From a phage, in the sequence record PX994957.1: a stretch of 64,000 nt of DNA, one strand, 5' to 3'. Position numbers and translations under genes: made by a program. This document shows, piece after piece, positions 42,517 to 52,467 of the stretch. Within the stretch, counting starts at the first letter, position 1; every line of letters starts with the position of its first letter. The notes under the pieces are model-generated. The model made no database searches and was not told the DNA's origin. It saw only the letters and a list, made by a program, of their open reading frames with translations.

Positions 42517-42893
42517 TTAAATTTAATGGCTTGAAGGAGACTAATAATTCTCAAACGGCTTCTTTCATCTTTAACTGTAAAAGAAAGAGGGTCGCCAGAT
42601 TTCATAGTGATAGTGCATTCAAAATCAAAATCTTCAGGAACTTCTTCGAAGAAGTCAAATTCTTCATCATAAATTAGAACTTCACTCCGCAGACTGTGAA
42701 GAATTTTTCCAGCATTTCTGCTAGTTGCTGTACTAATCATTGTAACATTATGACCTTTCATATCTTCAACGATAAATTCGCTTGTAGATATTACGGCATT
42801 AATAGAACCATTCCTATTACTAGCAGAAAGTAGATATTTCTTTTCTTCACCTTCGCGAACACGATATTTCTTACCGATTTTAAACATAATCAC
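42513..42893 (-). CDS. hypothetical protein, 126 aa (GTG or nearby ATG start)
   Basis: ORF track. Confidence 0.5.
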   Translation of the reverse strand: MIMFKIGKKYRVREGEEKKYLLSASNRNGSINAVISTSEFIVEDMKGHNVTMISTATSRNAGKILHSLRSEVLIYDEEFDFFEEVPEDFDFECTITMKSGDPLSFTVKDERSRLRIISLLQAIKFK

Positions 42894-43066
42894 CCTTTAA
42901 GTAAATCGTAAAAACCGCCATTCACATGCTTAGGAGCAGAAGGCCGACGAGTAGACAAACGATGACATTTAGGGCAAACATCATTTTCTCGTTCAGAAAT
43001 CTTTTTAATTTTTTCATATTCATGCCCGCAATCTTCGGATTGGCATTTATAATCATACATTGGCAT
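42890..43066 (-). CDS. zinc-ribbon mini-protein, 58 aa (CxxC ... CxxC)
   Basis: own translation MPMYDYKCQSEDCGHEYEKIKKISERENDVCPKCHRL... Confidence 0.5.
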   Translation of the reverse strand: MPMYDYKCQSEDCGHEYEKIKKISERENDVCPKCHRLSTRRPSAPKHVNGGFYDLLKG

Positions 43067-43068
43067 AA

Positions 43069-43494
43069 TTATTCCTTAAAGTGTGCTTTCAACATCTGAT
43101 ACAAAGACCATGCCTGTTCATTATTTTCAATAGTAACTTTCATGACCGGGAATTCTGTGAAATCTTCTATTTGTTCTTGCTCTTTCTCTTCCTGCTCTTG
43201 CTCTTCAGCTGCCTGGTATGGATTTTCCACTTCATCAAAGAACACAGCTTCACTCGTTGAAAGCCAGATAAAATCTTCATCCAAAATATCTTTACCAGAA
43301 GATAACGCCAATTTTCCACTAGATGTCACAAGTTTAGTAGGACGACCAAGATAGTCAATATCTGTAACTCTAAAAGGTTCCATACCAAGACGTCGTGCAT
43401 AAATTCCGTTTTCAGTATGGTCCTTGATAAAATCTTCTTGAGCTTGTTTATTTTTAAATTGATACCATTTATTAACTTCAAATTTAATAGCCAT
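43069..43494 (-). CDS. hypothetical acidic protein, 141 aa (size and position compatible with T4 goF)
   Basis: ORF track frame with start at MAIKFEV. Confidence 0.5.
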   Translation of the reverse strand: MAIKFEVNKWYQFKNKQAQEDFIKDHTENGIYARRLGMEPFRVTDIDYLGRPTKLVTSSGKLALSSGKDILDEDFIWLSTSEAVFFDEVENPYQAAEEQEQEEKEQEQIEDFTEFPVMKVTIENNEQAWSLYQMLKAHFKE

Positions 43495-43709
43495 TAATAA
43501 GTTTCCTTCCAATAAGTTGTACCATCTTCAGTAATTTCGCGAAACACACCATAAATTGGTTGTTTATCACCAACTTTTTCGTACACATAAACCGAAGTCA
43601 AGTGAGTAAACTTATTAGTATGTTCCTTTTGAACTACTACAAGATTTGGATCAAATAATACATCTTCAAATTCGTCATTAGTGCAATTCTGAACAATTTT
43701 ACGTTTCAT
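43494..43709 (-). CDS. hypothetical protein, 71 aa
   Basis: ORF track. Confidence 0.5.
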   Translation of the reverse strand: MKRKIVQNCTNDEFEDVLFDPNLVVVQKEHTNKFTHLTSVYVYEKVGDKQPIYGVFREITEDGTTYWKETY

Positions 43710-43722
43710 TACAATTTCCTCA

Positions 43723-44004
43723 TTAATTGAACAGTGGAGCGATGCGTTTCAGAAGAGTAGCAGCACCTTTAGCGAATTTTACATCATGAAAAACAGTTTC
43801 TTCTTCCGTTACAACACGAGCTTTAATGTTTTCACAATCCCAATTTTTGCGAACAATCTTCAAAAGCTGCAGTAAATCTTTACATTCAGCAATATCGATA
43901 ACACATCCACGAGAATCTTCCATTATTGCACGATAACCGTAAGCCATACCATAATCGTTGAAAGATTGCTCGATGATAATTAAGTTTTCCATTTTATTCT
44001 CCAA
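43723..44004 (-). CDS. hypothetical protein, 93 aa
   Basis: ORF track; promoter-like leader box upstream. Confidence 0.55.
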   Translation of the reverse strand: MENKMENLIIIEQSFNDYGMAYGYRAIMEDSRGCVIDIAECKDLLQLLKIVRKNWDCENIKARVVTEEETVFHDVKFAKGAATLLKRIAPLFN

Positions 44005-44088
44005 GTTATTTTCTGTATCAGTAGTTGATATTGATATAGTACCATAATCAACTACTGATGTATATAGTTTTATGAAAAAATTTAAACT

Positions 44089-44586
44089 TTATGCACAGCG
44101 AGCTTTGCTATAGTGTTTAATCCAGCTTTCAGGAATGACTTTGTATGTTCCTAAAAATACCGCGTTGTACAGCTTAACACCGTCTTCTACCCACTGATCG
44201 GTAATGTATGCGCACATAGCACGAGTACGGTGTTTTTGAACAACCCCTTCCTCATCTTCAGTAAATTCGAATTCATAAGGAGCAACGAACTTAATAGCCT
44301 GACCGAGTTTCCACTTAAAGTATACACCTACATGCGAAGTATCAATCGTTTCAATTCCTTTAGCAGGAACAGCTTTCAAAAACGCAGATTCAAGAAATTT
44401 CGCACGAACATAGCCAAACTGAGGTTTAGACTTTCCATCTTTAGGAATGATACGCACTTTTACTTCAGAATCTTCATCTTTAACGCCGTGTTTAAGCTGA
44501 ATGCTTACAATTTCGACCAATTTTCCTGCTGCTTTAGAACGGGATTTATCAGATACACGAGCAATTTCACCAATATTAATAATCAT
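44089..44586 (-). CDS. hypothetical protein, 165 aa; shares a C-terminal module with ORF 44663..45202
   Basis: ORF track; shared motif ITDQWVEDGVKLYNAVF. Confidence 0.6.
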   Translation of the reverse strand: MIINIGEIARVSDKSRSKAAGKLVEIVSIQLKHGVKDEDSEVKVRIIPKDGKSKPQFGYVRAKFLESAFLKAVPAKGIETIDTSHVGVYFKWKLGQAIKFVAPYEFEFTEDEEGVVQKHRTRAMCAYITDQWVEDGVKLYNAVFLGTYKVIPESWIKHYSKARCA

Positions 44587-44630
44587 AGTTATCTCTCACT
44601 TGTTAAAAAGATTTTATACTCCACAGGACC

Positions 44631-44660
44631 ATTATACTCTGGTCCCAAGAGTTTGTAAAC
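44631..44660 (-). promoter_or_regulatory. sigma70-type early promoter with GGACC palindrome around -10
   Basis: minus strand GTTTAC-N18-TATAAT. Confidence 0.55.
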
Positions 44661-44662
44661 TA

Positions 44663-45202
44663 TTAATTCAAAATAGCTACCACTGCACTACGAGGTACTA
44701 CGCTAAAATCACCTGCATGAACAACGTTCAGAAGTTCAACACCATCTTCAATCCATTGGTCTGTTACCCAACCACAGACCGAAATAAATGGAGTCTTGAT
44801 AGCTACCGCACGAGTTAAAAGGTCAGTAGGATCGCATTCTTGAAAGAGGATGAACTCTGCTTCAAAGACTATAGTTTTAATTACTTCATCATTATCTAAG
44901 CGATGTGCTCGAATCACGTAAGCTTTATTTTTATCATACCAGTTACTTTTTGAAAAGCTTTTAACCACAAACTCACCTTCACCAAAAACACTAGTCAATG
45001 CTTTATAACCCAAATTTAGTTCAGTTGTTTTAATTTCAGTTTCAACTAGTTTGTAGGTTTTGCCGATTTCAATAGCGGTAGTCATAGTAGGTTCCTTAAT
45101 TTCCAGTGGTTTAACAGGGCATACATAAGTGCTTACAACATCAAAATCAATCAGTTTAGCTACCGGATTTGGTATGTATTCAGGATTATAATTAAATTTC
45201 AT
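44663..45202 (-). CDS. hypothetical protein, 179 aa; paralogue of ORF 44089..44586 in the C-terminal region
   Basis: ORF track; shared motif VTDQWIEDGVELLNVV. Confidence 0.6.
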   Translation of the reverse strand: MKFNYNPEYIPNPVAKLIDFDVVSTYVCPVKPLEIKEPTMTTAIEIGKTYKLVETEIKTTELNLGYKALTSVFGEGEFVVKSFSKSNWYDKNKAYVIRAHRLDNDEVIKTIVFEAEFILFQECDPTDLLTRAVAIKTPFISVCGWVTDQWIEDGVELLNVVHAGDFSVVPRSAVVAILN

Positions 45203-45204
45203 AA

Positions 45205-45705
45205 TTATCTCATTTCAATAAAATCTACAAGTTCAGCATGGGATTTACGGAACATTACTTGATGCCCACCAATAATAACTTGGTCATCTGGTACTTCGTA
45301 TACAGCAAGATAAAATCCTTTCGAAGATAATTCTTCACGCTCTTCTCGTGTGAACCATCTCATCATATCATATTCGCTAGCAAAAGCAAAATGATAAAGA
45401 GCTATAAACCATCCGGGAATATGATATTCTACTCCAACATAATCTTTCTTGAACTTAGTATTAATTACGATATTAGCATTTTTAACTAATAGTTTATCTT
45501 CGTGTGGTAAAGGAATTCTTTTATTATTATCGCTATGATGCATAAAATTAGGTCTGTCATAACCTACGTGTAATAGCCACTCTTCGCTCCATGAATCTAT
45601 TATACTCCTGTACGGCGTTATTTGAACACAAAGATTTCGACGTATTGTTATAGCATCTTCATAATCAAGAATACTAAACGATGATTCAACACGATAAATT
45701 TTCAT
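45205..45705 (-). CDS. hypothetical protein, about 166 aa (start MKIYRVESS with GAGGA RBS)
   Basis: ORF track frame; the upstream ATG would lie 5' of the promoter-predicted transcript start. Confidence 0.5.
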   Translation of the reverse strand: MKIYRVESSFSILDYEDAITIRRNLCVQITPYRSIIDSWSEEWLLHVGYDRPNFMHHSDNNKRIPLPHEDKLLVKNANIVINTKFKKDYVGVEYHIPGWFIALYHFAFASEYDMMRWFTREEREELSSKGFYLAVYEVPDDQVIIGGHQVMFRKSHAELVDFIEMR

Positions 45706-45730
45706 TTTATTATCCTCAGTAGCTATGGTG

Positions 45731-45762
45731 TTATAATACCACAACTAACCGAGGAAGTAAAC
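45731..45762 (-). promoter_or_regulatory. sigma70-type early promoter
   Basis: minus strand GTTTAC-N18-TATTATAAC. Confidence 0.5.
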
Positions 45763-45768
45763 AACTTT

Positions 45769-46452
45769 TTATCGTTTTGTTGGAAGAGATAGAGGATCGC
45801 ATTCTTCCTCTGATGGAGCGTCTTCAAGACCCATAGCATACCGCAAAGCATACTTCATCATCAGGATGTCTTTCGCACAGTCATGAATAGAATCATGTGC
45901 AACGAATCCATCTAAAGTTCCCTTTGGAAGAGGACAAGTGGTCATATCACGAACAAGTAGAAGTGCTTCAATTCTGGTACGAATATCACGCTGATTCCAG
46001 AATTTACACGGTTCTAACTTAAATGTATCAAGCTCATTCTCGGAAACGCCATTAAGACGTTGAATATCACGAATGAGATCGACTAAAATTGGAAAATCAA
46101 ACGACATTCCACGGCACCAACCCTGAGATTTCCAAGGATCGATATTATGCGCATTGATGTAATCATTGAATTTTGCAATACCATCAATAGTGCTTACATC
46201 TTCATCTGACGGTGCAATATTTTTTCGAGCTTCAGGGGATTGATTCTTCCACCATTCGATAGTGCTTTTAGTAAAAAGACGATGTCCTTTTTGGCTTTTT
46301 AAATCAAATTTGATTTTAATGCCACGTGAAACTAATTCATCGAATGTTTCAACGACTTCTGGATTAGGGTCAAAAGCAATTACAGCTAAATCAATAACAG
46401 CTGCCTTTTCGCCGCTTCCCATTGTTTCAAAATCTATAATAAAATCAAACAT
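45769..46452 (-). CDS. dexA: exonuclease A (DEDDh 3'-5' exonuclease)
   Basis: 227 aa; N-terminal DFETMG exonuclease motif. Confidence 0.85.
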   Translation of the reverse strand: MFDFIIDFETMGSGEKAAVIDLAVIAFDPNPEVVETFDELVSRGIKIKFDLKSQKGHRLFTKSTIEWWKNQSPEARKNIAPSDEDVSTIDGIAKFNDYINAHNIDPWKSQGWCRGMSFDFPILVDLIRDIQRLNGVSENELDTFKLEPCKFWNQRDIRTRIEALLLVRDMTTCPLPKGTLDGFVAHDSIHDCAKDILMMKYALRYAMGLEDAPSEEECDPLSLPTKR

Positions 46453-46694
46453 TAAATTTTCCTTGCTAAATCGCGAATTTGACCTACAGTATAGTCTTGA
46501 ATATAAACTTTATTAATAGGCTCATCAATAAATTTTGCAATAGATTCAATGTCTTTTTGTATCTCTTCAAGACTGTATACTATCTTTGAAGCTTTTTCGC
46601 GAATAGTAATATTTTCAGGACCCGGATTTTCTTCAATGACAGCTTTAACATTTGTCATAAGAGATTTAAACTGACACCAACTTAATTCAATCAT
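46452..46694 (-). CDS. hypothetical protein, 80 aa
   Basis: ORF track. Confidence 0.5.
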   Translation of the reverse strand: MIELSWCQFKSLMTNVKAVIEENPGPENITIREKASKIVYSLEEIQKDIESIAKFIDEPINKVYIQDYTVGQIRDLARKI

Positions 46695-46947
46695 TAATAA
46701 TCGCCTTATAAAGATAGCTAATTTCGCCTAAAATATAATCATTGATTGTAACAGTTTTCACTTCACCACAAAAGAATTCTAACGCAATTAAATCTCGTTC
46801 AATTTCTTCTAATTGAAGCCTCAACTTACTAGATTCTATTTTTACAGTTTCACGATTTTTGCTATAAGCAATTTCATAAATTTCGCTTACTTTATCTTGA
46901 AGAAGATAAAACTGATCTTTAGTTATTTCCACGAATAGCTTCCTCAA
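46687..46947 (-). CDS. hypothetical protein, 86 aa
   Basis: ORF track. Confidence 0.5.
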   Translation of the reverse strand: MRKLFVEITKDQFYLLQDKVSEIYEIAYSKNRETVKIESSKLRLQLEEIERDLIALEFFCGEVKTVTINDYILGEISYLYKAIIND

Positions 46948-47179
46948 ATTTAATTAGTAATTTACAGACACTTTCATCTAGTGTAATTACCGTATCTGTA
47001 TTACTGTGATATGATTGTTTTTCAATTCGTTTAATTGCTAATATAGTATCACTTATAAGATAAAGCTTATGAAGGAGCTCAGCTCCTGTTACCATAACAT
47101 TAAGATTATCTTGCTTATTAGTATGCTTCCTTATACCATCTATTAGACGATTTAAATATTTTGAATTGATGTTAATCAT
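46919..47179 (-). CDS. hypothetical protein, 86 aa
   Basis: ORF track. Confidence 0.5.
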   Translation of the reverse strand: MININSKYLNRLIDGIRKHTNKQDNLNVMVTGAELLHKLYLISDTILAIKRIEKQSYHSNTDTVITLDESVCKLLIKFEEAIRGNN

Positions 47180-47185
47180 ATATCC

Positions 47186-48505
47186 TCACACATAAAATAC
47201 GTCATAACGACCACGGGTAACACCAACATAAAGAAGCTGCTGAGCTAGTTCAGCATCTGCATAATGAATACAAGGCGTATAAATGAAAGCACGGTCTACA
47301 GACATACCCTGAGCTTTATGGAATGTTGATGCAGGAAGCGCTTTCACTTTACTAAACTGTGATTTAGCATCCCAAAAATCACTCCACGGAGCTTTTCCGC
47401 CTTTATTCCAATTTTTATAAGTTTCTGCCGTTTTACCTAAAAACAGGTTAAACTTATATAGCTCTTCATCAGATGAAATTATTTTAATCTTTTCACGATA
47501 ATATTCATCATCGCCGTAAGTTTCTACTGTTAAATCCCAATGACGAATTAAGTATTCTCCAGGAACACCACGAGCTTTAACAAACGTTGATGTATACTCT
47601 GCTTCTATAATACGAACTAATTGTCCATTATTAAAAATAATTTCTGATACAGGCTTTCCATCAATTTTATATGTTTTAATTAATGGTTCCTGCATTACAA
47701 TAATTTCACCGACAATAAAATCTTTATCAGTTTCAAAAATCTTTTTACGAATAATGCTATTTAACTTATCAACAGATTTATTCGTAAATGCCATTACGCG
47801 ATTTTCAAACAAATCATCTAAAGATTTGACGATTGAAAAATAATTTACCATAAAATCGCGTAAAGCGGTATCACCAGTAAATCCACGTACTCCATGCCCG
47901 TCAACAACTTTATCATAAATCCACTTACCGTTACGAACATCAGTAGCTACATCAATAATAGGAGCATTACTGCGTTTAACTTCAGTAAGTTCACATTGAT
48001 AAAAATCTTTGTGTGTAAAGAATGGACTGATATAAGCAGTATTTTCTCCTGGATCAACAGGTCTAATTTGCTTATTATCACCTATTCCAATTATTGTGCA
48101 CCACGGCGGAATAGTTGAAAGCAGAATTTTAAATAGCTTTCTATCATACATTGACACTTCGTCGCAGATTAATACCCTGCATTTAGCTAAATCTGGTACT
48201 TCCTTCTGTTCAAAAAGAACGTTTTCTTCATACGTAACTGGGTTAATTTTAAGAATACTGTGAATAGTACTCGCTTCTTTCCCCGACAGTTTTGAAAGAA
48301 TCTTTTTAGCTGCATGAGTAGGAGCTGCCAAAATGATACCAGTTTCACCCGTAGATATTAAAGCTTCAATGATGAACTTAGTAAGAGTAGTCTTACCAGT
48401 ACCAGCAGGTCCATTAATAGTTACATGATGTTTCTTTTCTTTAATAGCCCTCATAACGATGTTAAAGGCATTTTTCTGGCCTTCTGTCAAATCATCAAAT
48501 GTCAT
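47186..48505 (-). CDS. dda: Dda DNA helicase (SF1B)
   Basis: 439 aa; Walker A GPAGTGKT; T4 synteny. Confidence 0.93.
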   Translation of the reverse strand: MTFDDLTEGQKNAFNIVMRAIKEKKHHVTINGPAGTGKTTLTKFIIEALISTGETGIILAAPTHAAKKILSKLSGKEASTIHSILKINPVTYEENVLFEQKEVPDLAKCRVLICDEVSMYDRKLFKILLSTIPPWCTIIGIGDNKQIRPVDPGENTAYISPFFTHKDFYQCELTEVKRSNAPIIDVATDVRNGKWIYDKVVDGHGVRGFTGDTALRDFMVNYFSIVKSLDDLFENRVMAFTNKSVDKLNSIIRKKIFETDKDFIVGEIIVMQEPLIKTYKIDGKPVSEIIFNNGQLVRIIEAEYTSTFVKARGVPGEYLIRHWDLTVETYGDDEYYREKIKIISSDEELYKFNLFLGKTAETYKNWNKGGKAPWSDFWDAKSQFSKVKALPASTFHKAQGMSVDRAFIYTPCIHYADAELAQQLLYVGVTRGRYDVFYV

Positions 48506-48813
48506 CGGAAAGTCCCTGCAATTGGAATACTAACAATACGCCCAGTATCTAGAATTCGTTGATATAATCTTTGTGTATCTACATCAGGCTTAACATGTTT
48601 AACTTCTATTTTATTAAACCAAAACTTGCGTGGAGTCTCAACTAGTCTTGGAATTCCCATACCTAAAGCTAGTTTATATTGGTCTTTGAGAGTAGTAAAA
48701 ACTCTATCAGCAATCTCTCTTTCAAAAAATACAGCAGGACGATGTTCATCAAGTGGAACTGGCGCCGTAAATCCGTCTTTGTCTCGGTAAACTATCGCAT
48801 ATACATAAACCAT
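48502..48813 (-). CDS. hypothetical protein, 103 aa (dda.1 position)
   Basis: ORF track. Confidence 0.55.
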   Translation of the reverse strand: MVYVYAIVYRDKDGFTAPVPLDEHRPAVFFEREIADRVFTTLKDQYKLALGMGIPRLVETPRKFWFNKIEVKHVKPDVDTQRLYQRILDTGRIVSIPIAGTFR

Positions 48814-48814
48814 A

Positions 48815-49561
48815 TTATCCTCGGATAAGTTTAAAAATTGAACAATTTAGTGGGTATCCTCTTTTCAGTTTAAGTTTATCAATAAAAGACAAGTTTTGAT
48901 ACCGCTCTACACCTTGAATAATTTTATCACACATATCATATTGCATTTCTGCTTCTGACAACTTTTTCACAATTTTCCAATCCGAGCCTTTAAGAAGAAC
49001 GTTCAGTTTAACAACTTCAGCGCCTTCTGCTATGCGAGAACCATCAATACGAGCTTTAAGTGCTATAATCCTTAGCTTAATGTCAGAGGTCTGTTTTGAT
49101 TTAGAAAGCTGAGAAATGTGTTCAATTCGATTTTCACGCTTTTTCTGTATAGCTTTAATTTGATTATAAGTCTTTTTGATTTTAGCCCATTTCTTTTCAT
49201 CTAAATTTAGTTTATGAACTTTTTTCGCAGATGAACGACCAATTCGCAAAGCAAATAAATCCCGTTTTTCAATCAACTCTTCTAAAGTATAATCAGAACG
49301 AAATGTATTATACTTTTTCTTTACTGCAATAACGTTCCCTTTAATGTATCCAATGTTATTATCAAAACGTTCTAATGATAATTTCTCTCCTTCAATACGA
49401 TTATCAAAAGGTTCTCCTGAATAGGCACAAACTTTTTGATCTAAAATGTTCTTAATGTAATTGAAGTCTAAGTTAAAATCTTTAGAACGTCTTTTTGCAG
49501 ATGCCTGAGTATGCTCTAAACGACGTTTAATTTTACGAATTTGGTTATTAGACAGTTTCAT
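48815..49561 (-). CDS. srd: basic 248-aa protein at the T4 srd position (Srd-like); assignment is positional
   Basis: size and synteny between dda.1 and modA; early promoter upstream. Confidence 0.45.
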   Translation of the reverse strand: MKLSNNQIRKIKRRLEHTQASAKRRSKDFNLDFNYIKNILDQKVCAYSGEPFDNRIEGEKLSLERFDNNIGYIKGNVIAVKKKYNTFRSDYTLEELIEKRDLFALRIGRSSAKKVHKLNLDEKKWAKIKKTYNQIKAIQKKRENRIEHISQLSKSKQTSDIKLRIIALKARIDGSRIAEGAEVVKLNVLLKGSDWKIVKKLSEAEMQYDMCDKIIQGVERYQNLSFIDKLKLKRGYPLNCSIFKLIRG

Positions 49562-49590
49562 ATTTTTCTCACGGACGGTTAACTTACTTA

Positions 49591-49621
49591 TACTATATCA
49601 TTTTTACTTCAGCTTGTAAAC
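49591..49621 (-). promoter_or_regulatory. sigma70-type early promoter
   Basis: minus strand GTTTAC-N18-TATAGT. Confidence 0.5.
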
Positions 49622-49677
49622 AACTTTATGTAAAATGCTTTAAAACTTTCGTGGTATAATGAATCTAAGTCCTTCCA

Positions 49678-50280
49678 TTATAGATTAAATCCTTCAAAAT
49701 CAAGAGTATAGATAGTGTATGTTGAATACTTTTTATACTCATATCTATCTGCAATTCTAAATACACTTCCAGCTGGTATCATTACTTCTTGTTCATCTGA
49801 AACTAATTCCATATTACGATAACGATGGCTATCCGGAAACTTAAAGTTTGGATTGTATTCTTTACAGCGTAGAGCTTTTATAGCATACTCCTGGAAATTG
49901 AATACCATAGGAGCTTTGAATTCAAAAATAACCTGTGTGTTATACTCTAAACCGGAAGCAAAATGTAGAGCTATATTTTTATCATATGAAGCTGATACTA
50001 CTTTATCAAATGTAATAATATCAATTCCTTGATTTAACACTTGCTTAGTCTCGACTGGAACACCTCTCCAAAGAGGTTTATCGTTTGGTTCCAAACGAGA
50101 TTTGATTATTTCATTTAACCAAGTATGGTCATCTGGTTTGTTGGTAATACAATGAATTAAAAGTTCAATTTCAGATAAATTAAACCCTTCAGAAAGTAAT
50201 TCTTCACGAATAGAAGCACGCACCGATGCATCCATTGATTTTATTTTAAAATCTTTTAGTTGCATTACTGAGTATTTCAT
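49678..50280 (-). CDS. modA: ADP-ribosyltransferase ModA
   Basis: 200 aa; T4 synteny; paralogue of the adjacent ModB. Confidence 0.8.
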   Translation of the reverse strand: MKYSVMQLKDFKIKSMDASVRASIREELLSEGFNLSEIELLIHCITNKPDDHTWLNEIIKSRLEPNDKPLWRGVPVETKQVLNQGIDIITFDKVVSASYDKNIALHFASGLEYNTQVIFEFKAPMVFNFQEYAIKALRCKEYNPNFKFPDSHRYRNMELVSDEQEVMIPAGSVFRIADRYEYKKYSTYTIYTLDFEGFNL

Positions 50281-50900
50281 TCAACTACCTCAATATCATA
50301 AACTTTAAATGTTCCAAATGAATCGTGTAATTTTTCTTTTGAAATAGAAGTTATTTTATACTTTCCAATTGGAATCATCCATTCTTGTTCACGCACAATC
50401 ATCATTAAGTTATCAGTTCTTTCTGAATCTAACCCGTCAGTATCTTCATACGTGTACTTAAACTCAGTATTAGGAGAAGAAAGTATAATATCGCTGATAT
50501 GGTCAGAATAATTAAAAGCTTTATCAGTTTTTAAGCGAAAAATTATTTCAGTGAAATATTCAGCATAAGAAAAAGAACACGCTGTATGCAAACTAGTAGT
50601 AAATGAATCTACCCTGTTCGTTGAAAACACTTCTCCAACTTGTAAATCTTTAATGAGTTCTTTTGTCGATTTTGATATACCACGATATAATTGATAAGGC
50701 GATTTAATTAAATGCTTTTTAATGATTTTATTCAACTGTCTGTGAAGAGCTTCATTCTTTTTGGCTTCCATACATTGCCAAAGAACAGACTGCTCAAAGT
50801 CAGTAAATTTTTCACAGACCTTTTTATACATATCATATTGAAAATCAACGCTTTCAGCTTTTATAGATAACTGTTCAACATCTGCAAGATTAATAATCAT
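50277..50900 (-). CDS. modB: ADP-ribosyltransferase ModB
   Basis: 207 aa; T4 synteny. Confidence 0.8.
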   Translation of the reverse strand: MIINLADVEQLSIKAESVDFQYDMYKKVCEKFTDFEQSVLWQCMEAKKNEALHRQLNKIIKKHLIKSPYQLYRGISKSTKELIKDLQVGEVFSTNRVDSFTTSLHTACSFSYAEYFTEIIFRLKTDKAFNYSDHISDIILSSPNTEFKYTYEDTDGLDSERTDNLMMIVREQEWMIPIGKYKITSISKEKLHDSFGTFKVYDIEVVE

Positions 50901-50927
50901 GATAGCCTCCGTATACTTCAGAAGCTA

Positions 50928-50956
50928 TCATATCATCGTTAGAAAGGAAAGTAAAC
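50928..50956 (-). promoter_or_regulatory. sigma70-type early promoter upstream of modB
   Basis: minus strand GTTTAC-N18-TATGAT. Confidence 0.5.
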
Positions 50957-50967
50957 AACTTTTTGAA

Positions 50968-51150
50968 TTATTTTGCCCAGGGAGCCCAAGGCGGAGGGTC
51001 AAGATGGTATGAAGCTAGTTCTTCTAGAAGAGCATCTGGAGCTTCAATTCCATAATTCTGTAATACTATACGGTATTCTTTCTTATAATCACTAGAATCA
51101 TTCTGGTTATTCGTAGAATGATTATCTTCTAACATCTCAAATAAATCCAT
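50968..51150 (-). CDS. hypothetical protein, 60 aa
   Basis: ORF track. Confidence 0.45.
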   Translation of the reverse strand: MDLFEMLEDNHSTNNQNDSSDYKKEYRIVLQNYGIEAPDALLEELASYHLDPPPWAPWAK

Positions 51151-51158
51151 ATTAATTC

Positions 51159-51629
51159 CTAGCGATAAAAACCAAATTGACGATTAGCTTCAACAATCTT
51201 TCTTTCTTCTTCAGACATTCTCCAGCGTAGTCCAACGTCAAAATGAGCCCAGACCATCTTAACAAATGCATTTATATCTTTAATATCTTCAATAATGAAT
51301 GTTTTACTTTTCGAAGGTTGACTCGCTAATTTAACTTTATCATCTTCAAACAGGTCAAAAAGACCATATTCATGAGCTCTTTTATAGCCTTTAATAGTTA
51401 AAGCTTCAGAAGAAGAAAACGGTGAATCAGTATTCTGCAAAATATCTTCAGTATGCTTTATAATTAGAATAACATTTTCTGGATATTTTCTTTCTTTTAT
51501 ATCTTTAATTAAAAAATCCGGATTTTCTGCTAAAGGAATAATTAACGAGCATTTTTTACCAAGAGTATTTACTGATTTACCTTCTTTAGACATAAATTCT
51601 ATTGAATAATGTTTTGCTACTTCAATCAT
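51159..51629 (-). CDS. hypothetical protein, 156 aa (mrh region)
   Basis: ORF track. Confidence 0.55.
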
Positions 51630-51782
51630 GTGATTTCCTTTTGCCTACTAATGGACCGTCGGGAATTTTGTTTTCCTGGATATATTTCTCATTTTCTTCC
51701 ATCATTTTACTACCGATTTTAAGAAGCAAATCCATTGCTTCATTTGCTTTAGCTTTAGCCTCTTCTAACGTCATATCTTTGT

Positions 51783-51986
51783 TCATGATTTATCACCATA
51801 GATGTCTCTCATCAATTTAAGCGCTGAGCGTTCTAATTTCTTTTCTTTCTCAGCACTAATCATTGATTTCATCCATTCTTCCGATTCGTTCTGCATTTCT
51901 TTATTTGCTTGTTCAACCCAGCCATCATCAATATACATTGAGTTTGGTCGATTAAACCATTCAAATATTTTCTTTAGGACTTTCAT
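51783..51986 (-). CDS. hypothetical protein, 67 aa
   Basis: ORF track. Confidence 0.5.
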
Positions 51987-52467
51987 TCATTTTACCTAAA
52001 ACAATAGTAGGAGCATCGTCAAATTTATGAATTTTTAGCAAATTTGGAGTTAATTTATTCCATAAAGAAGTAATAAAATATGATAGCGCAATTTCTTCCG
52101 CAATTATGAATTTATTTCCCTTATCTCCCTTATCTATTTTCCAGTCATGTACTGAATCATATGAATAGAAGGACAGCGGTTTATTGTTATAAAATGCTTC
52201 ACCAACATCAATATAGTTAGATTTAGTAAATGCTTGAATTGACGTAAATGGAGAATTTTGTACAGTTTCAATAATTCCGATCTTTTTAAGTTTTATTTCA
52301 ACATCTTCTGGAACTGGCATTGAAATAAAATCTTCTACTAGATACATGCTATTGTCATATCTTTTGTCAATCATTACTGCTACAGTAATTGGAACATCCT
52401 TGACAAACGCCATACTAATACTATTAATAAACATTTCAAACAAAATTGCTTCCATAATTTTCCTCAA
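51961..52467 (-). CDS. hypothetical protein, 168 aa
   Basis: ORF track. Confidence 0.55.
   Translation of the reverse strand: MRKIMEAILFEMFINSISMAFVKDVPITVAVMIDKRYDNSMYLVEDFISMPVPEDVEIKLKKIGIIETVQNSPFTSIQAFTKSNYIDVGEAFYNNKPLSFYSYDSVHDWKIDKGDKGNKFIIAEEIALSYFITSLWNKLTPNLLKIHKFDDAPTIVLGKMNESPKENI

Noticed and set aside
44019-44066. 11-bp inverted repeat cagtagttgat / atcaactactg flanking a leader-box copy
   Set aside because: Probably part of the promoter cassette family already reported, not a separate element.
48815-49561. Possible HNH homing endonuclease (CAYSGEPF ... ERFDNNIGYIKGNV motif)
   Set aside because: The canonical His residues are missing and the position matches T4 srd; kept as Srd-like with low confidence.
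51624-51786. 54-aa minus-strand frame overlapping the start of ORF 51159..51629
   Set aside because: Not in the ORF track, overlaps a neighbouring gene start and has no distinguishing motif.
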